NCBI GenBank assembly: GCA_041391765.1
Contig: JAWKNJ010000028.1
Span: forward strand, 10,874 to 74,873
DNA length: 64,000 nt
Direction: 5' to 3'
Source of the DNA: Flavobacteriales bacterium
Lineage (GTDB): Bacteria; Bacteroidota; Bacteroidia; Flavobacteriales_G; Salibacteraceae
This document shows, piece after piece, positions 38,847 through 49,077 of this stretch. Within the stretch, counting starts at the first letter, position 1; the number at the start of each line of letters is the position of its first letter. The notes under the pieces were generated by a model that did no database searches, was not told where the DNA came from, and worked only from the letters and a program-made list of their open reading frames with translations. Made by a program: the position numbers and the translations under genes.

Positions 38847-40049
38847 ATGGAATATATTTTTGAAGGAAAGGCGAGGAGAAACACATTCATCCTGATGGGG
38901 GTGGGTTTGGTGTTATTCCTCTTGGGAGCCATTATGACCCACGAGCACGTTGGTCAACGTTTGTGGACTAGCATTTTCATCAGTAGTTTCTTCTTCTTTG
39001 GGGTTGGACTTGCTGCTTTGTTTTTTATCGCTGTTCAGTACGCTGCTGAAGCAGGTTGGGGTGTTGTTTTCAAGCGAGTCATGGAAGCAATCGCGTCTTA
39101 TTTGCCAATAGGAGCGATCACCTTGATTATCGTATTCATTGGTGGATCGCTGCATTTGCATCATATCTTTCATTGGATGGACCCAGAATTGTATGATCCT
39201 AACTCAGAGCACTACGATCAGCTGATCGCGCACAAACAGCCGTATCTAAATCAAGTGTTTTGGTGGGGTAGAACCTTGGCTTATTTGGCTGTATACATTC
39301 TATTCATGCGTATTTTCAAAAAGCGCTCGTTGGAAGAAGATGGACTATCGGCTACAGATAAAGCGTTCTTCATTAAAAATCAGACACTAGCAGCAATTTT
39401 CTTGGTGTTCTTCGGATACACGGTAATGACATTTAGTTGGGATTGGATCATGAGTGTAGATACGCATTGGTTCAGCACAATTTTCGGATGGTATATCTTC
39501 TCAGGAATGTGGATCAGCGGAATGGTGATGATGGTGTTGATGACACATTACCTTAAGGGAAAGGGCTTAATGGAGTTTGTAAATGATAGCCACATGCACG
39601 ATATGGGTAAGTGGGTGTTCGGAGTAAGCTTCCTGTGGACATACTTGTTCTTTTGTCAGTTCATGTTATACTGGTATTCGAACATTCCTGAAGAAATCAC
39701 CTATTTCAAGGCGAGAATCGAAGATTATACCTGGACCTTCTGGGGAACGCTATTAATCAACTTTGCCTTCCCAATGTTGTTGCTTATGTCTAAGGACGCA
39801 AAGAGAAACGCGGGATTTATGGTATTCGTTGGAGCGATCATTTTCTTCGGTCACTGGATGGACGTATTCATGTTGGTTACTCCAGGTGCGATGAAAGATC
39901 ATGGAACAATTGGGTTGGTTGAAGTCGGGTCATTCCTTGCTTTCCTAGGCTTGTTCTTGTTCGTTGTGTTGGGAGCACTTTCCAAGCGCCCATTACTTGT
40001 GAAAGCTCATCCATATTTGGACGAAAGTTTACATCATCATATCAATTAA
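38847..40049 (+). CDS. actF: ACIII subunit ActF (second NrfD-like membrane subunit)
   Basis: 400-aa polytopic membrane protein in the canonical operon position. Confidence 0.85.
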   Translation: MEYIFEGKARRNTFILMGVGLVLFLLGAIMTHEHVGQRLWTSIFISSFFFFGVGLAALFFIAVQYAAEAGWGVVFKRVMEAIASYLPIGAITLIIVFIGGSLHLHHIFHWMDPELYDPNSEHYDQLIAHKQPYLNQVFWWGRTLAYLAVYILFMRIFKKRSLEEDGLSATDKAFFIKNQTLAAIFLVFFGYTVMTFSWDWIMSVDTHWFSTIFGWYIFSGMWISGMVMMVLMTHYLKGKGLMEFVNDSHMHDMGKWVFGVSFLWTYLFFCQFMLYWYSNIPEEITYFKARIEDYTWTFWGTLLINFAFPMLLLMSKDAKRNAGFMVFVGAIIFFGHWMDVFMLVTPGAMKDHGTIGLVEVGSFLAFLGLFLFVVLGALSKRPLLVKAHPYLDESLHHHIN

Positions 40050-40075
40050 TTGTTGAGTAAGAAGTAAAAGACATT

Positions 40076-41290
40076 ATGGTAACTTTTCTGATCATTTTAT
40101 CCATCGCACTGGCAGTATTAGCAGTTGGTCAGTTGATGCGTGTATTTGAAGCAACGTCAAAGCTTCGAGGTGATGTGAGTCCATTACCAACTGATGCCGA
40201 GAATAAGTATCAATCAAGAATGATGATTGTATTGATGCTGTCTTATTTTGGCTTTTTCATTTGGCTTATGGCTCGCTATGGAGGTCACTTGCTTCCAATT
40301 TCGGCATCTGAGCACGGTGAAACATTGGATACTCTGTTGAATTTCAATTTCTGGATTATCATTTTGGTTTTCTTCATCACTCATATTTATCTATTCTACT
40401 TCGCGTTCAAATATGTTTTCAGTGCTGATAGAAAGGCATATTACTACACGCACAGCAATAAACTCGAATTACTTTGGACATTAGTTCCAGCAGCTTTCTT
40501 GGCTGTAATCATAGTTTACGGATTATCGTCTTGGATAGATATTACTGGAGAAGCACCTAAGGGTTCATTGACCATTGAATTGTATCCAAAGCAGTTTGAC
40601 TGGACTGCTCGATATGCCGGAAGTGATACGACTCTTGGTGCATCTAACTATAACATGATCTCGGCTACAAATCCGCTGGGGTTAATTACCAAGGGATCAT
40701 TGGAGCAGATGACAGCTGAGGTGAAAGCAGAGATCGCTGAATTGCAGGAGGCATATGATGCAGCGCCTGAAGGAGGTTTGGCTAAAGAAGAGCTAGAAGA
40801 GAAAATTGCTAAGAAAAATCGACAGCTGGATAGAATTAACTCATTTGGTTCATTGGACGCAGCCAGTTTGGCTGGTGGGGACGATGATATCTTGGTAAAG
40901 AGTGAATTTGTTATTCCCCGTGGTAAGGAGGTTAGTTTTAAGTTTAGAAGCCGTGATGTTATTCACAGCGCCTACATGCCTCACTTCAGAGCTCAGATGA
41001 ACTGTGTTCCTGGAATGGTGACATCATTTCACTTTAAGCCCACCATCACCACGGCTGAAATGAAGGAGATCACGCAGAAGGATGATTTTGAATACATACT
41101 CCTGTGTAATAAGATTTGTGGTGCTGCGCACTACAACATGCAAATGACCATCAAGGTGGTTGAGCCTGAAGAGTTCAATAAATGGATGGCCGAACAAAAA
41201 ACATTTGCGGAGTCGATTGCTCCAGCGGATGAGACTACTGCTGTTAAGGCAGAGGAAAACGGTAACGAAATATCAATGATCGCACAATAA
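40076..41290 (+). CDS. ctaC: Cytochrome c oxidase subunit II (CuA subunit, no fused cytochrome c)
   Basis: CuA ligands HSAYMPHFRAQMNCVPG...CNKICGAAHYNM. No CxxCH motif. Confidence 0.92.
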   Translation: MVTFLIILSIALAVLAVGQLMRVFEATSKLRGDVSPLPTDAENKYQSRMMIVLMLSYFGFFIWLMARYGGHLLPISASEHGETLDTLLNFNFWIIILVFFITHIYLFYFAFKYVFSADRKAYYYTHSNKLELLWTLVPAAFLAVIIVYGLSSWIDITGEAPKGSLTIELYPKQFDWTARYAGSDTTLGASNYNMISATNPLGLITKGSLEQMTAEVKAEIAELQEAYDAAPEGGLAKEELEEKIAKKNRQLDRINSFGSLDAASLAGGDDDILVKSEFVIPRGKEVSFKFRSRDVIHSAYMPHFRAQMNCVPGMVTSFHFKPTITTAEMKEITQKDDFEYILLCNKICGAAHYNMQMTIKVVEPEEFNKWMAEQKTFAESIAPADETTAVKAEENGNEISMIAQ

Positions 41291-41296
41291 GGAGAT

Positions 41297-43081
41297 ATGG
41301 GAGCAACAGCACACACCGATCATCACCATCACGAAGAGACATTTATCTCTAAATACATGTTTAGTCAAGATCACAAGATGATCTCTAAGCAATTCTTGAT
41401 CACAGGTATGATCATGGCCGTTATGGGAATGATTATGTCAACGCTATTCCGACTTCAGTTAGGATGGCAAGGCGAATCGTTTTGGATTTTGAATTTCTTT
41501 TTAGGGGATAAATGGGCTCCAGATGGAATATTAGATCCTAATATGTATTTGGCTTTGGTGACCATTCATGGAACCATCATGGTATTCTTCCTGTTGACTG
41601 GAGGTTTGAGTGGAACGTTTGCTAACTTGCTTATTCCATTACAAATAGGTGCTCGTGACATGGCCTCCGGATTTATCAATATGTTGTCGTATTGGTTCTT
41701 CTTAGCATCCAGTGTTGTGATGGTTTCTTCCTTTTTTATTGAAACGGGACCTGCTTCGGGTGGATGGACAGTTTATCCTCCTTTGAGTGCTTTACCTCAA
41801 GCAATGCCTGGTTCAGGACTTGGAATGACGCTTTGGCTGGCTTCTATGTCCTTGTTCATTGTGTCATCACTTCTAGGGGGTTTGAATTATGTTGTGACTG
41901 TCATTAACCTTAGAACAAAGGGTATGACAATGACGAGACTTCCATTGAGTATTTGGGCACTTTTCATCACCGCAGTGCTTGGTGTGCTTTCATTTCCTGT
42001 GTTATTCTCTGCAGCATTGTTGTTGATCTTCGATAGAAGCTTCGGAACAGCATTCTATCTTTCTGATATCCACATTGCTGGTGAAGTCATGGAACAGACC
42101 GGTGGAAGCCCGATTTTGTATGAGCACTTGTTTTGGTTCCTAGGTCACCCTGAAGTATACATTGTATTGCTTCCTGCATTGGGTATTACTTCTGAAGTAA
42201 TTGCAACAAACGCTCGTAAGCCAATCTTTGGTTACCGTGCGATGATCGGATCAATCTTGGCAATTGCTTTCCTCTCATTTATCGTTTGGGGTCACCACAT
42301 GTACTTGACCGGAATGAACCCATTCTTAGGAGCGGTGTTCACGTTCACAACATTATTGATTGCGATTCCATCTGCGGTTAAGGCGTTCAACTACATCACC
42401 ACCTTGTGGAAGGGCAATATTCGGTTTACACCGGCCATGTTGTTCTCAATTGGAATGGTTTCCACGTTCATTTCCGGTGGGGTAACAGGGATTATTCTTG
42501 CGGATTCGGCATTGGACATTAATGTACATGATACATACTTTGTCGTTGCTCACTTCCATATTGTGATGGGATTGTCTGCGGTGTTGGCGATGTTTGCAGG
42601 TGTTTATCACTGGTTCCCTAAGATGTATGGAAAGTTGATGAACAGAAAGTTGGGTTACGCTCATTTTTGGATCACATTCGTCTGTGCTTACGGGGTGTTT
42701 TTCCCACAACACTTTTTGGGTCTAGCGGGCGTGCCGAGGCGTTACTATACAAACAGTGAGTTCCCAATGTTCGATGACTTGATTTCAATCAATGAGATGG
42801 TTTCCATCTTCGCGATTGTGGGAGCATTGGCTCAGTTCATTTTCATCTTCAATTTCTTCTATTCGATTTTCAGAGGAACTCGTTCTTCTCAGAATCCTTG
42901 GGGATCAAACACATTGGAGTGGACTACACCTGTTGAACATATTCATGGTAACTGGCCTGGACCGCTGCCAACTGTTCATAGATGGGCATACGACTACAGT
43001 AAGCCGGGAAAAGAAGAGGATTTTGTTCCACAAACTGTTCCCCTAGAAGAAGGTGAAATGGACGGAGGGGCCGGTCACTAA
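41297..43081 (+). CDS. ctaD: Cytochrome c oxidase subunit I
   Basis: WFLGHPEVYIVLLPA, WGHHMY and HDTYFVVAHFHIVM haem/CuB ligand motifs. Confidence 0.97.
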   Translation: MGATAHTDHHHHEETFISKYMFSQDHKMISKQFLITGMIMAVMGMIMSTLFRLQLGWQGESFWILNFFLGDKWAPDGILDPNMYLALVTIHGTIMVFFLLTGGLSGTFANLLIPLQIGARDMASGFINMLSYWFFLASSVVMVSSFFIETGPASGGWTVYPPLSALPQAMPGSGLGMTLWLASMSLFIVSSLLGGLNYVVTVINLRTKGMTMTRLPLSIWALFITAVLGVLSFPVLFSAALLLIFDRSFGTAFYLSDIHIAGEVMEQTGGSPILYEHLFWFLGHPEVYIVLLPALGITSEVIATNARKPIFGYRAMIGSILAIAFLSFIVWGHHMYLTGMNPFLGAVFTFTTLLIAIPSAVKAFNYITTLWKGNIRFTPAMLFSIGMVSTFISGGVTGIILADSALDINVHDTYFVVAHFHIVMGLSAVLAMFAGVYHWFPKMYGKLMNRKLGYAHFWITFVCAYGVFFPQHFLGLAGVPRRYYTNSEFPMFDDLISINEMVSIFAIVGALAQFIFIFNFFYSIFRGTRSSQNPWGSNTLEWTTPVEHIHGNWPGPLPTVHRWAYDYSKPGKEEDFVPQTVPLEEGEMDGGAGH

Positions 43082-43090
43082 CAAAGTTGA

Positions 43091-43117
43091 AAACCCGTTC
43101 GATAGAGCGGGTTTTTT
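43091..43117 (+). terminator. Intrinsic terminator of the respiratory operon
   Basis: AAACCCG-ttcgatagag-CGGGTTT followed by a T run, 10 nt after the ctaD stop. Confidence 0.8.
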
Positions 43118-43132
43118 GTTTTATACCCTTCC

Positions 43133-43140
43133 TAACTTTG
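43133..43140 (+). promoter_or_regulatory. -7 promoter box TAACTTTG upstream of ruvB
   Basis: Matches TAnnTTTG but lies only 7 nt before the ATG at 43148, which would imply a near-leaderless mRNA. Confidence 0.3.
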
Positions 43141-43147
43141 TTTATTC

Positions 43148-44173
43148 ATGAACGAGTTTCTCGATCCAGAACTTTCACAACTCTCACAAGCCGATAAGGA
43201 CATTGAAAAAGTTCTTCGACCTGATTTATTTTCGGATTTCACGGGACAGGAGTCTGTCATTGAGAATCTAAAGGTATTTGTGGAGGCTGCAAGTCAAAGA
43301 GCTGAGGCCCTAGACCACGTTCTTCTTCATGGCCCTCCGGGACTTGGCAAAACGACATTGGCTAACATTATTGCCAATGAATTGGGGGTAGGCATAAAGT
43401 CGACTAGCGGACCCGTTTTGGACAAGCCGGGTGATTTAGCAGGATTGCTAACCAATCTTGAAGAACGAGACGTATTGTTCATTGATGAAATCCATCGACT
43501 GAGTCCGGTAGTTGAAGAGTTTCTCTACTCCGCTATGGAGGACTATCAGATTGACATCATGATAGACACAGGGCCTAGTGCTCGAAGTGTAAAGATTGAG
43601 CTTGCTCCATTTACGCTAATTGGGGCAACCACCAGATCAGGTCTGTTGACATCACCGTTGCGCGCGCGATTTGGTATCAATTCTAGATTGTCATATTATA
43701 ATGCTGATTTGCTGGCCACGATTGTTGAGCGTTCAGCATCGATTCTGAAGATTCATATTGAAACGCAGGCTGCTCTCGAAATTGCAAGGCGAAGCCGAGG
43801 TACACCTAGGATCGCAAACGCCTTATTACGCAGAATTCGGGATTTTGCTCAGATTAAAGGTGATGGAAAGATTGATCTTGCTATTGCGAAGTTTGGTTTG
43901 GAAGCACTCAACGTAGATACTCACGGCTTGGATGAAATGGATAATAAAATACTATCCATTATCATTGATAAATTCAATGGAGGGCCGGTTGGATTAACAA
44001 CTGTTGCTACAGCTGTTGGTGAGCAAGCTGGCACAATCGAGGAAGTTTACGAACCATTTTTAATTCAAGAGGGATTTTTGCACCGGACTCCGCGAGGACG
44101 AATTGCTACTGAATCTGCATTCAAGCACTTAGGAAGAAAGTTCGATAGAGGCTCTCAAGGTTCACTGTTTTAA
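43148..44173 (+). CDS. ruvB: Holliday junction branch migration ATPase RuvB
   Basis: Walker [12 protein letters not shown], Walker B FIDEIHRL, sensor [13 protein letters not shown]. Confidence 0.97.
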   Translation: MNEFLDPELSQLSQADKDIEKVLRPDLFSDFTGQESVIENLKVFVEAASQRAEALDHVLLHGPPGLGKTTLANIIANELGVGIKSTSGPVLDKPGDLAGLLTNLEERDVLFIDEIHRLSPVVEEFLYSAMEDYQIDIMIDTGPSARSVKIELAPFTLIGATTRSGLLTSPLRARFGINSRLSYYNADLLATIVERSASILKIHIETQAALEIARRSRGTPRIANALLRRIRDFAQIKGDGKIDLAIAKFGLEALNVDTHGLDEMDNKILSIIIDKFNGGPVGLTTVATAVGEQAGTIEEVYEPFLIQEGFLHRTPRGRIATESAFKHLGRKFDRGSQGSLF

Positions 44174-44176
44174 TTC

Positions 44177-45157
44177 ATGACAAGCGCTGATCTACTTGGT
44201 CATGCCCGGAGCAACAGAATTAAGGAAATTGCTGCGTCTCTGGGTTTCATGGATTGTAGAATAGCTAAAGCCGAGAGGCTGGATGAAGAAGCTAATCAAT
44301 TAGAAGAATGGTTAGGTCGCGGATACCATGGTCAAATGGCCTATATGCAAAGCCATTTTGAGAAGAGAGTGAATCCTCAAGCACTGGTTCCGGGTGCCAA
44401 AAGTGTCATTGTTTTAAGTCAGAACTATTTCACGGAAAACAAACAAAAGGATTCGACTGCACCCAAGATCAGTAAGTACGCTTATGGTCGAGACTATCAT
44501 AAGGTGATAAAGAAGAAGTTGAAGCAATTTCATACCCAATTACGGTCGGAATTTGGTGATGTAAATGGAAGAGGTTTTGTGGATTCGGCTCCGGTTTTAG
44601 AAAAGGCTTGGGCGAAACGAAGTGGCCTTGGTTGGATAGGCAAACATTCGAATGTGCTCACAAAGCAAAAGGGTTCATTTTTCTTTTTAGCAGTTTTAAT
44701 CACCGACCTTGAACTCGCACCAGATGGTAAAGTGAAAGATCATTGTGGAAACTGCACGGCATGCATTGATTCCTGTCCAACAGACGCTATTGTTGCTCCT
44801 TATTTAGTAGATGGAAGTCGGTGTATATCCTATTTTACTATTGAACTAAAGGACGAAAAAATACCGGATGAATTTATAGGCCGATTCAACAATTGGATGT
44901 TCGGGTGCGATATCTGTCAGGATGTTTGCCCATGGAATCGGTTTAGCAGACAGCATAATGAATTCGCATTCGAACCGAAGGATGAATTGTTGTCAATGAG
45001 CGCCAAGGACTGGGAAAACTTAAAGCTAGAAGCCTTTGAGGAACTGTTTTTGGGCTCAGCTGTTAAACGTGTCGGTTACCGCGGCTTGATGAGAAACGTT
45101 CAATTTTTGCCGACTATTTTTTCGGATGAAAGGAACGAACCAAGCAAAAGGAAATGA
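44177..45157 (+). CDS. queG: tRNA epoxyqueuosine(34) reductase
   Basis: [24 protein letters not shown] and [14 protein letters not shown] are typical QueG Fe-S/cobalamin-domain motifs. Confidence 0.92.
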   Translation: MTSADLLGHARSNRIKEIAASLGFMDCRIAKAERLDEEANQLEEWLGRGYHGQMAYMQSHFEKRVNPQALVPGAKSVIVLSQNYFTENKQKDSTAPKISKYAYGRDYHKVIKKKLKQFHTQLRSEFGDVNGRGFVDSAPVLEKAWAKRSGLGWIGKHSNVLTKQKGSFFFLAVLITDLELAPDGKVKDHCGNCTACIDSCPTDAIVAPYLVDGSRCISYFTIELKDEKIPDEFIGRFNNWMFGCDICQDVCPWNRFSRQHNEFAFEPKDELLSMSAKDWENLKLEAFEELFLGSAVKRVGYRGLMRNVQFLPTIFSDERNEPSKRK

Positions 45158-45794
45158 CATGATTGTGGACCCCGCTAATGAATGGAATACCGTTAATTCC
45201 TGTGGCTATTCCTCCTGTCACCGGCAAAATTGAATGGTGAACCCGGGCATTGAATTTCCAATTTCCTTTCAGATTGACATTTATTCCAAGGTTGGCGGCT
45301 AATTCATAACGATGGAAGTGATAAGCATAAAAAAGCTCATTAGACTTAAACCCTCCGACCCACTCGCGGTGAAAGAGGTAGATCCCGTTTAGCAGACCGA
45401 ATTCAAGTTCAAAAAAGCTAATCTCAGTTTTCAGCAAGAGGGGAATGTCGATATAGTGCAGTTCATATTTCTGCAGGAGATTAACCGGAACGGGCCTAGC
45501 ATTGGTTGACCGCTCTCGACTTCCTCTCATCGCATAGTTCAATTCGAGCTGAAACTTAAGTCTTCGGGATATTTGGGTGTATGTTCCAACTCCTCCGGTT
45601 CCCCCAAGCTTGTTATAACCACCAAATCCGTCACCAAAAATCTGGCTTGTTGTTATGCCAAGTCTGACCAATCCAGTGAACTCACCTTTTGGGGCAGATT
45701 TTCTCGCAACTGGCTCCTGAGAAGCAGCACATAGCGACATATACACTAATGCTAGTGTTGGGAGCAGAAATTTACTCAGCGACCTTAACCACAT
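45114..45794 (-). CDS. Small outer-membrane beta-barrel (porin-family) protein
   Basis: Signal peptide [26 protein letters not shown] and alternating beta-strand pattern. Last gene of the tlpA operon. Its 3' end overlaps queG by 44 nt (convergent). Confidence 0.55.
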   Translation of the reverse strand: MWLRSLSKFLLPTLALVYMSLCAASQEPVARKSAPKGEFTGLVRLGITTSQIFGDGFGGYNKLGGTGGVGTYTQISRRLKFQLELNYAMRGSRERSTNARPVPVNLLQKYELHYIDIPLLLKTEISFFELEFGLLNGIYLFHREWVGGFKSNELFYAYHFHRYELAANLGINVNLKGNWKFNARVHHSILPVTGGIATGINGIPFISGVHNHVISFCLVRSFHPKK

Positions 45795-46701
45795 GGGCTT
45801 CTTCTACCTGCTGAACCTCTCCATTGCTTGGATCTAAAACAAAAGCAACGATGATGATATGTTTGGCGTGCTCTACTGTTTCGGGTATAATGAAATCTTG
45901 AGTCCAATCAATCCATTCATCTTTTGCCAATCCTGATGCATCTATTAAGACGTCACCCGTAATTCCTGAAGATGAATTTACCTGAGCTCTCAGCAAATGT
46001 CTATGAACATACTCATGATTAATGCGATGTGGATAAACATCTTGGTCAAGTCGCTGATCTTTTTGTTCAGCAACCACCGAGTCTTCGATGCACAATACGA
46101 TAAGTTTACGTTCAGATGAAATGGCAGCAGTTGCCTTGGCGCTTACTCGAATTTTTAGAAGCGCTTTACTTTCAACGTAGTTGGCAGCCACGCCTAGGGC
46201 TATGGTTGACGGTTGACCAATGCTTTTGGTAATGGGTGACTCCCATTGGTTACTGGCCAAAAATGTATACTTGTTAGCCTCATCAGGGAATGTCTTTCTA
46301 TTCACCATCACAGACGGATATCCTTCAAGATCTCCCAGTATAGGAGCATGTACGGCATCTCCGTAATCTGTTGTGAAATCGCTTTCGTAGTCAGGGTCAC
46401 TTCCAATTTCAGCAAACACCCCTTCATGATATGCTATGGCAATGATTTCTGGTTTGTTATTTTCTTGAAGTGCAAGTAATTTCTCTGTCTGCGTTGGACA
46501 TCCCTGACATTTCACCCCTGTGAACTCTTCTACTAAAACCTTTTGAGTTGCGATATTGATATTCAAAGTATCTATTTCAGGGAAAACGGTGGTGCTGTCC
46601 ACTACAGTTATGGTTGGAGCCTCAATTGGATCTTCAACTTTATCGCATGCTACCTGGCAAAACACAGCGCCAATGATCAGAATTGCAAATACTTTTTTCA
46701 T
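45772..46701 (-). CDS. Omp28-related outer-membrane lipoprotein with thioredoxin-like CxxC motif
   Basis: Lipobox CQVAC. VLVEEFTGVKCQGCP matches the EEFTG-x-x-C-x-x-CP signature I associate with Omp28-related proteins. Confidence 0.6.
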   Translation of the reverse strand: MKKVFAILIIGAVFCQVACDKVEDPIEAPTITVVDSTTVFPEIDTLNINIATQKVLVEEFTGVKCQGCPTQTEKLLALQENNKPEIIAIAYHEGVFAEIGSDPDYESDFTTDYGDAVHAPILGDLEGYPSVMVNRKTFPDEANKYTFLASNQWESPITKSIGQPSTIALGVAANYVESKALLKIRVSAKATAAISSERKLIVLCIEDSVVAEQKDQRLDQDVYPHRINHEYVHRHLLRAQVNSSSGITGDVLIDASGLAKDEWIDWTQDFIIPETVEHAKHIIIVAFVLDPSNGEVQQVEEAHVVKVAE

Positions 46702-46703
46702 CG

Positions 46704-48380
46704 TTAAAAGCTACTAGTTACAGCTAAAGTAAATCCGTTGGCAGCCGGCACAGGACGGCAAACACCTCCAACACAGAAAATCCCGGCTCGTTGTCTGCCA
46801 TATGCCAAACTAATTCGATTCGCCTTGTTAATGTAAGCAATTTGGGCTGTGGGATAGTTAACTTGTAATGCTTTGATTGGATTTCCATAATTGTATTGAT
46901 TCAAAATGGTTATGAACCAGTGTGGTGAGTATCCGTATTCAATCATTGCAAATGCCCAGTTACCCAGATGCTGTTCAGTCCACATGTGCTGCAATTCGGT
47001 CCTGATGCTATGTTTCTTACCCAACTTATATAAACCATCAAGGACTGCTATGTGAGCATAAACATTCTTACCGAGTGCGGTTCCCTGTGTGACATCAATG
47101 TTCGCTTCCAAGTAAGCGTATGTGGTTTTGAGTTTGAAGTCTTTGGTAAACTTCCTGTCGATTTCAATGTTATAGTCTCGGTAGTATATTTTATCTCCAA
47201 ACGTCCACAAATTAGCTTTATAACCTTGTCTTTTAGGGTCATGAGCTAGGTACACTTCCTGATCCAGTTCCGAGGTTGTTGAGATGCGGTGAGTGTCTAA
47301 ATTGTTTATGACGGAGACGTTGCCTTGAATCGTGGTTCCATATTTACCGCCAAGCGCAGTTCCTTTTTTGATTTTATATATAATGTCTCCCTGAAAACCG
47401 ATTTCGCCAGCTGGTTGAGTAGCGTATGGGTAGAGCGTAGTTATAAGGTTGTACGTGTGTTGTTTAGACAGAGCGGGTAAATAGTTGATGAACAAATCAT
47501 TCAACTGAGCATCTCTGTTACTGCGATAATGCATGTTGTCGATAGACTTGGCCGTTAAGTTGATGCCGAATCCTTTGCGAGAATAAGTAGCCGAGATCAG
47601 GACACCCTGACCTGGCCTATAGATATAGTGATTGTCAGCGTTTGGGTCGTTGAATTTGTACACGTATTCCCCAAGTAGCCCAAAGCCTTCATAGTTAATG
47701 TGTGCTCTACCAGCCCAACTCGCTACATTCAATGGCAGCTCTAAGTTAGTCACTTTTGAGTCTTCGTATTTACTAACGAAACTTCCACCAATCCTTAACC
47801 TGAGCTTGCTTGATTCAAGACGTTCAATGAATTCGTTCATTGCCCACTCTGCATCAATGCCTCGGACGTAACCAGTACTCTTCTGCCAATAAAAACGTTG
47901 ATTCCCGATTAGTGCTTTTATGTATACGCCATCTACCGGTTCGTATTTTAACCTAACACCATCAAGGGCATTGTCCAAACCCAAAGCTCGTTCTTCGTAG
48001 CTACGAAGAATCATACCACTTCCAAACTGCTCGTAATAGTTGCCAACCGTAATATCCAATCGATCTTGGGCATATCTGGCATAGCGATATGGGACACCCA
48101 CTGGCTGCAAACCATAGTTTGGATTAAATCCTTGAACTGGTGGCATATACGACTCTATACGAACCCCTGCGCTGAAGCTGCCCTTTGTTGCAATGAAATT
48201 GGCGAATGAATTCATTCCACTTTTCTGTGGAACCACTGGAGCACTAATGATGCTATCTGGCTTATACGTTTGAGCATAAACGTCCACATTACCGTGGATT
48301 TGAATATTTTCAAGAAGACCTTCCTGTGCTTGTATTGTATGGGTGCCTGCGATCAGGAAAATTAGAGCAATTCTTTTCAA
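46704..48380 (-). CDS. Large outer-membrane beta-barrel protein (possibly DUF6029 family)
   Basis: Signal peptide MKRIALIFLIAGTHTIQAQ, 558 aa rich in aromatic/Gly beta-strand signatures, C-terminal Phe (AVTSSF). The family name is from memory and is not verified. Confidence 0.5.
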   Translation of the reverse strand: MKRIALIFLIAGTHTIQAQEGLLENIQIHGNVDVYAQTYKPDSIISAPVVPQKSGMNSFANFIATKGSFSAGVRIESYMPPVQGFNPNYGLQPVGVPYRYARYAQDRLDITVGNYYEQFGSGMILRSYEERALGLDNALDGVRLKYEPVDGVYIKALIGNQRFYWQKSTGYVRGIDAEWAMNEFIERLESSKLRLRIGGSFVSKYEDSKVTNLELPLNVASWAGRAHINYEGFGLLGEYVYKFNDPNADNHYIYRPGQGVLISATYSRKGFGINLTAKSIDNMHYRSNRDAQLNDLFINYLPALSKQHTYNLITTLYPYATQPAGEIGFQGDIIYKIKKGTALGGKYGTTIQGNVSVINNLDTHRISTTSELDQEVYLAHDPKRQGYKANLWTFGDKIYYRDYNIEIDRKFTKDFKLKTTYAYLEANIDVTQGTALGKNVYAHIAVLDGLYKLGKKHSIRTELQHMWTEQHLGNWAFAMIEYGYSPHWFITILNQYNYGNPIKALQVNYPTAQIAYINKANRISLAYGRQRAGIFCVGGVCRPVPAANGFTLAVTSSF

Positions 48381-48415
48381 ATCCTGGAAAAACTTACTGG
48401 GTTAGGTCTTGAGAA

Positions 48416-48925
48416 TTAGTTGATAGATTCTCCACTAGATAATTTTTGAACGAGCTCGTATAGCTCTTCCTCATCACCTGGTGCATAAGAGTTGTGTTGC
48501 CAAACGATGTTCCCCTCTCCATCAATTAAAAATGTATGCGGAACATTATTCACGTTCAACGCCCTTTTGAAATCAGCATTTGGGTCTATGTAAACGTCAT
48601 ATTCCCAAGCCTGACCATCAACATAAGGTTTCACCTTGTGCTGATTTCGCGCATCATCAATAGAAATGGCTACCAGTTTCACTCCGGTCTCTTCTACCCA
48701 ATCTGTATATGATTCAGCGATTGTATTTAATTCCCTCTTGCAAGGCGAGCACCAAGTAGCCCAAAAGTTGATGATAATCGGCTTGCCATCATTTTGAATG
48801 TCTGCAGTATTGAAGGTTGAGTTATCTAGTTTTTTGACATCTACCGCAGGGATTTTTCGGCCATCCTGTGCATGGATATTAAGGCATATGACAAATGTGA
48901 TTATTGTGGCAATCGATGCTTTCAT
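48416..48925 (-). CDS. TlpA-family thiol-disulfide oxidoreductase
   Basis: Signal peptide plus FWATWCSPCKRE thioredoxin active site. Confidence 0.85.
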   Translation of the reverse strand: MKASIATIITFVICLNIHAQDGRKIPAVDVKKLDNSTFNTADIQNDGKPIIINFWATWCSPCKRELNTIAESYTDWVEETGVKLVAISIDDARNQHKVKPYVDGQAWEYDVYIDPNADFKRALNVNNVPHTFLIDGEGNIVWQHNSYAPGDEEELYELVQKLSSGESIN

Positions 48926-48942
48926 AAAAGTTTGTTGAGCGG

Positions 48943-48950
48943 CAAAAGTA
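48943..48950 (-). promoter_or_regulatory. -7 promoter box TACTTTTG upstream of the tlpA-like gene
   Basis: Minus strand reads TACTTTTGCCGC, the same 12-mer as upstream of metG, 17 nt before the ATG. Confidence 0.4.
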
Positions 48951-49077
48951 TCAGTTCGCTTTTACTTGCTGTTTTAATTAACGTATTGTTTATACGCCTT
49001 ATGCTTGAACTCCTAAACCCATAAATATTAATATTTTTTCAATGTTAGAGCCACTTTTAATGTTGATTTTATTGAAT

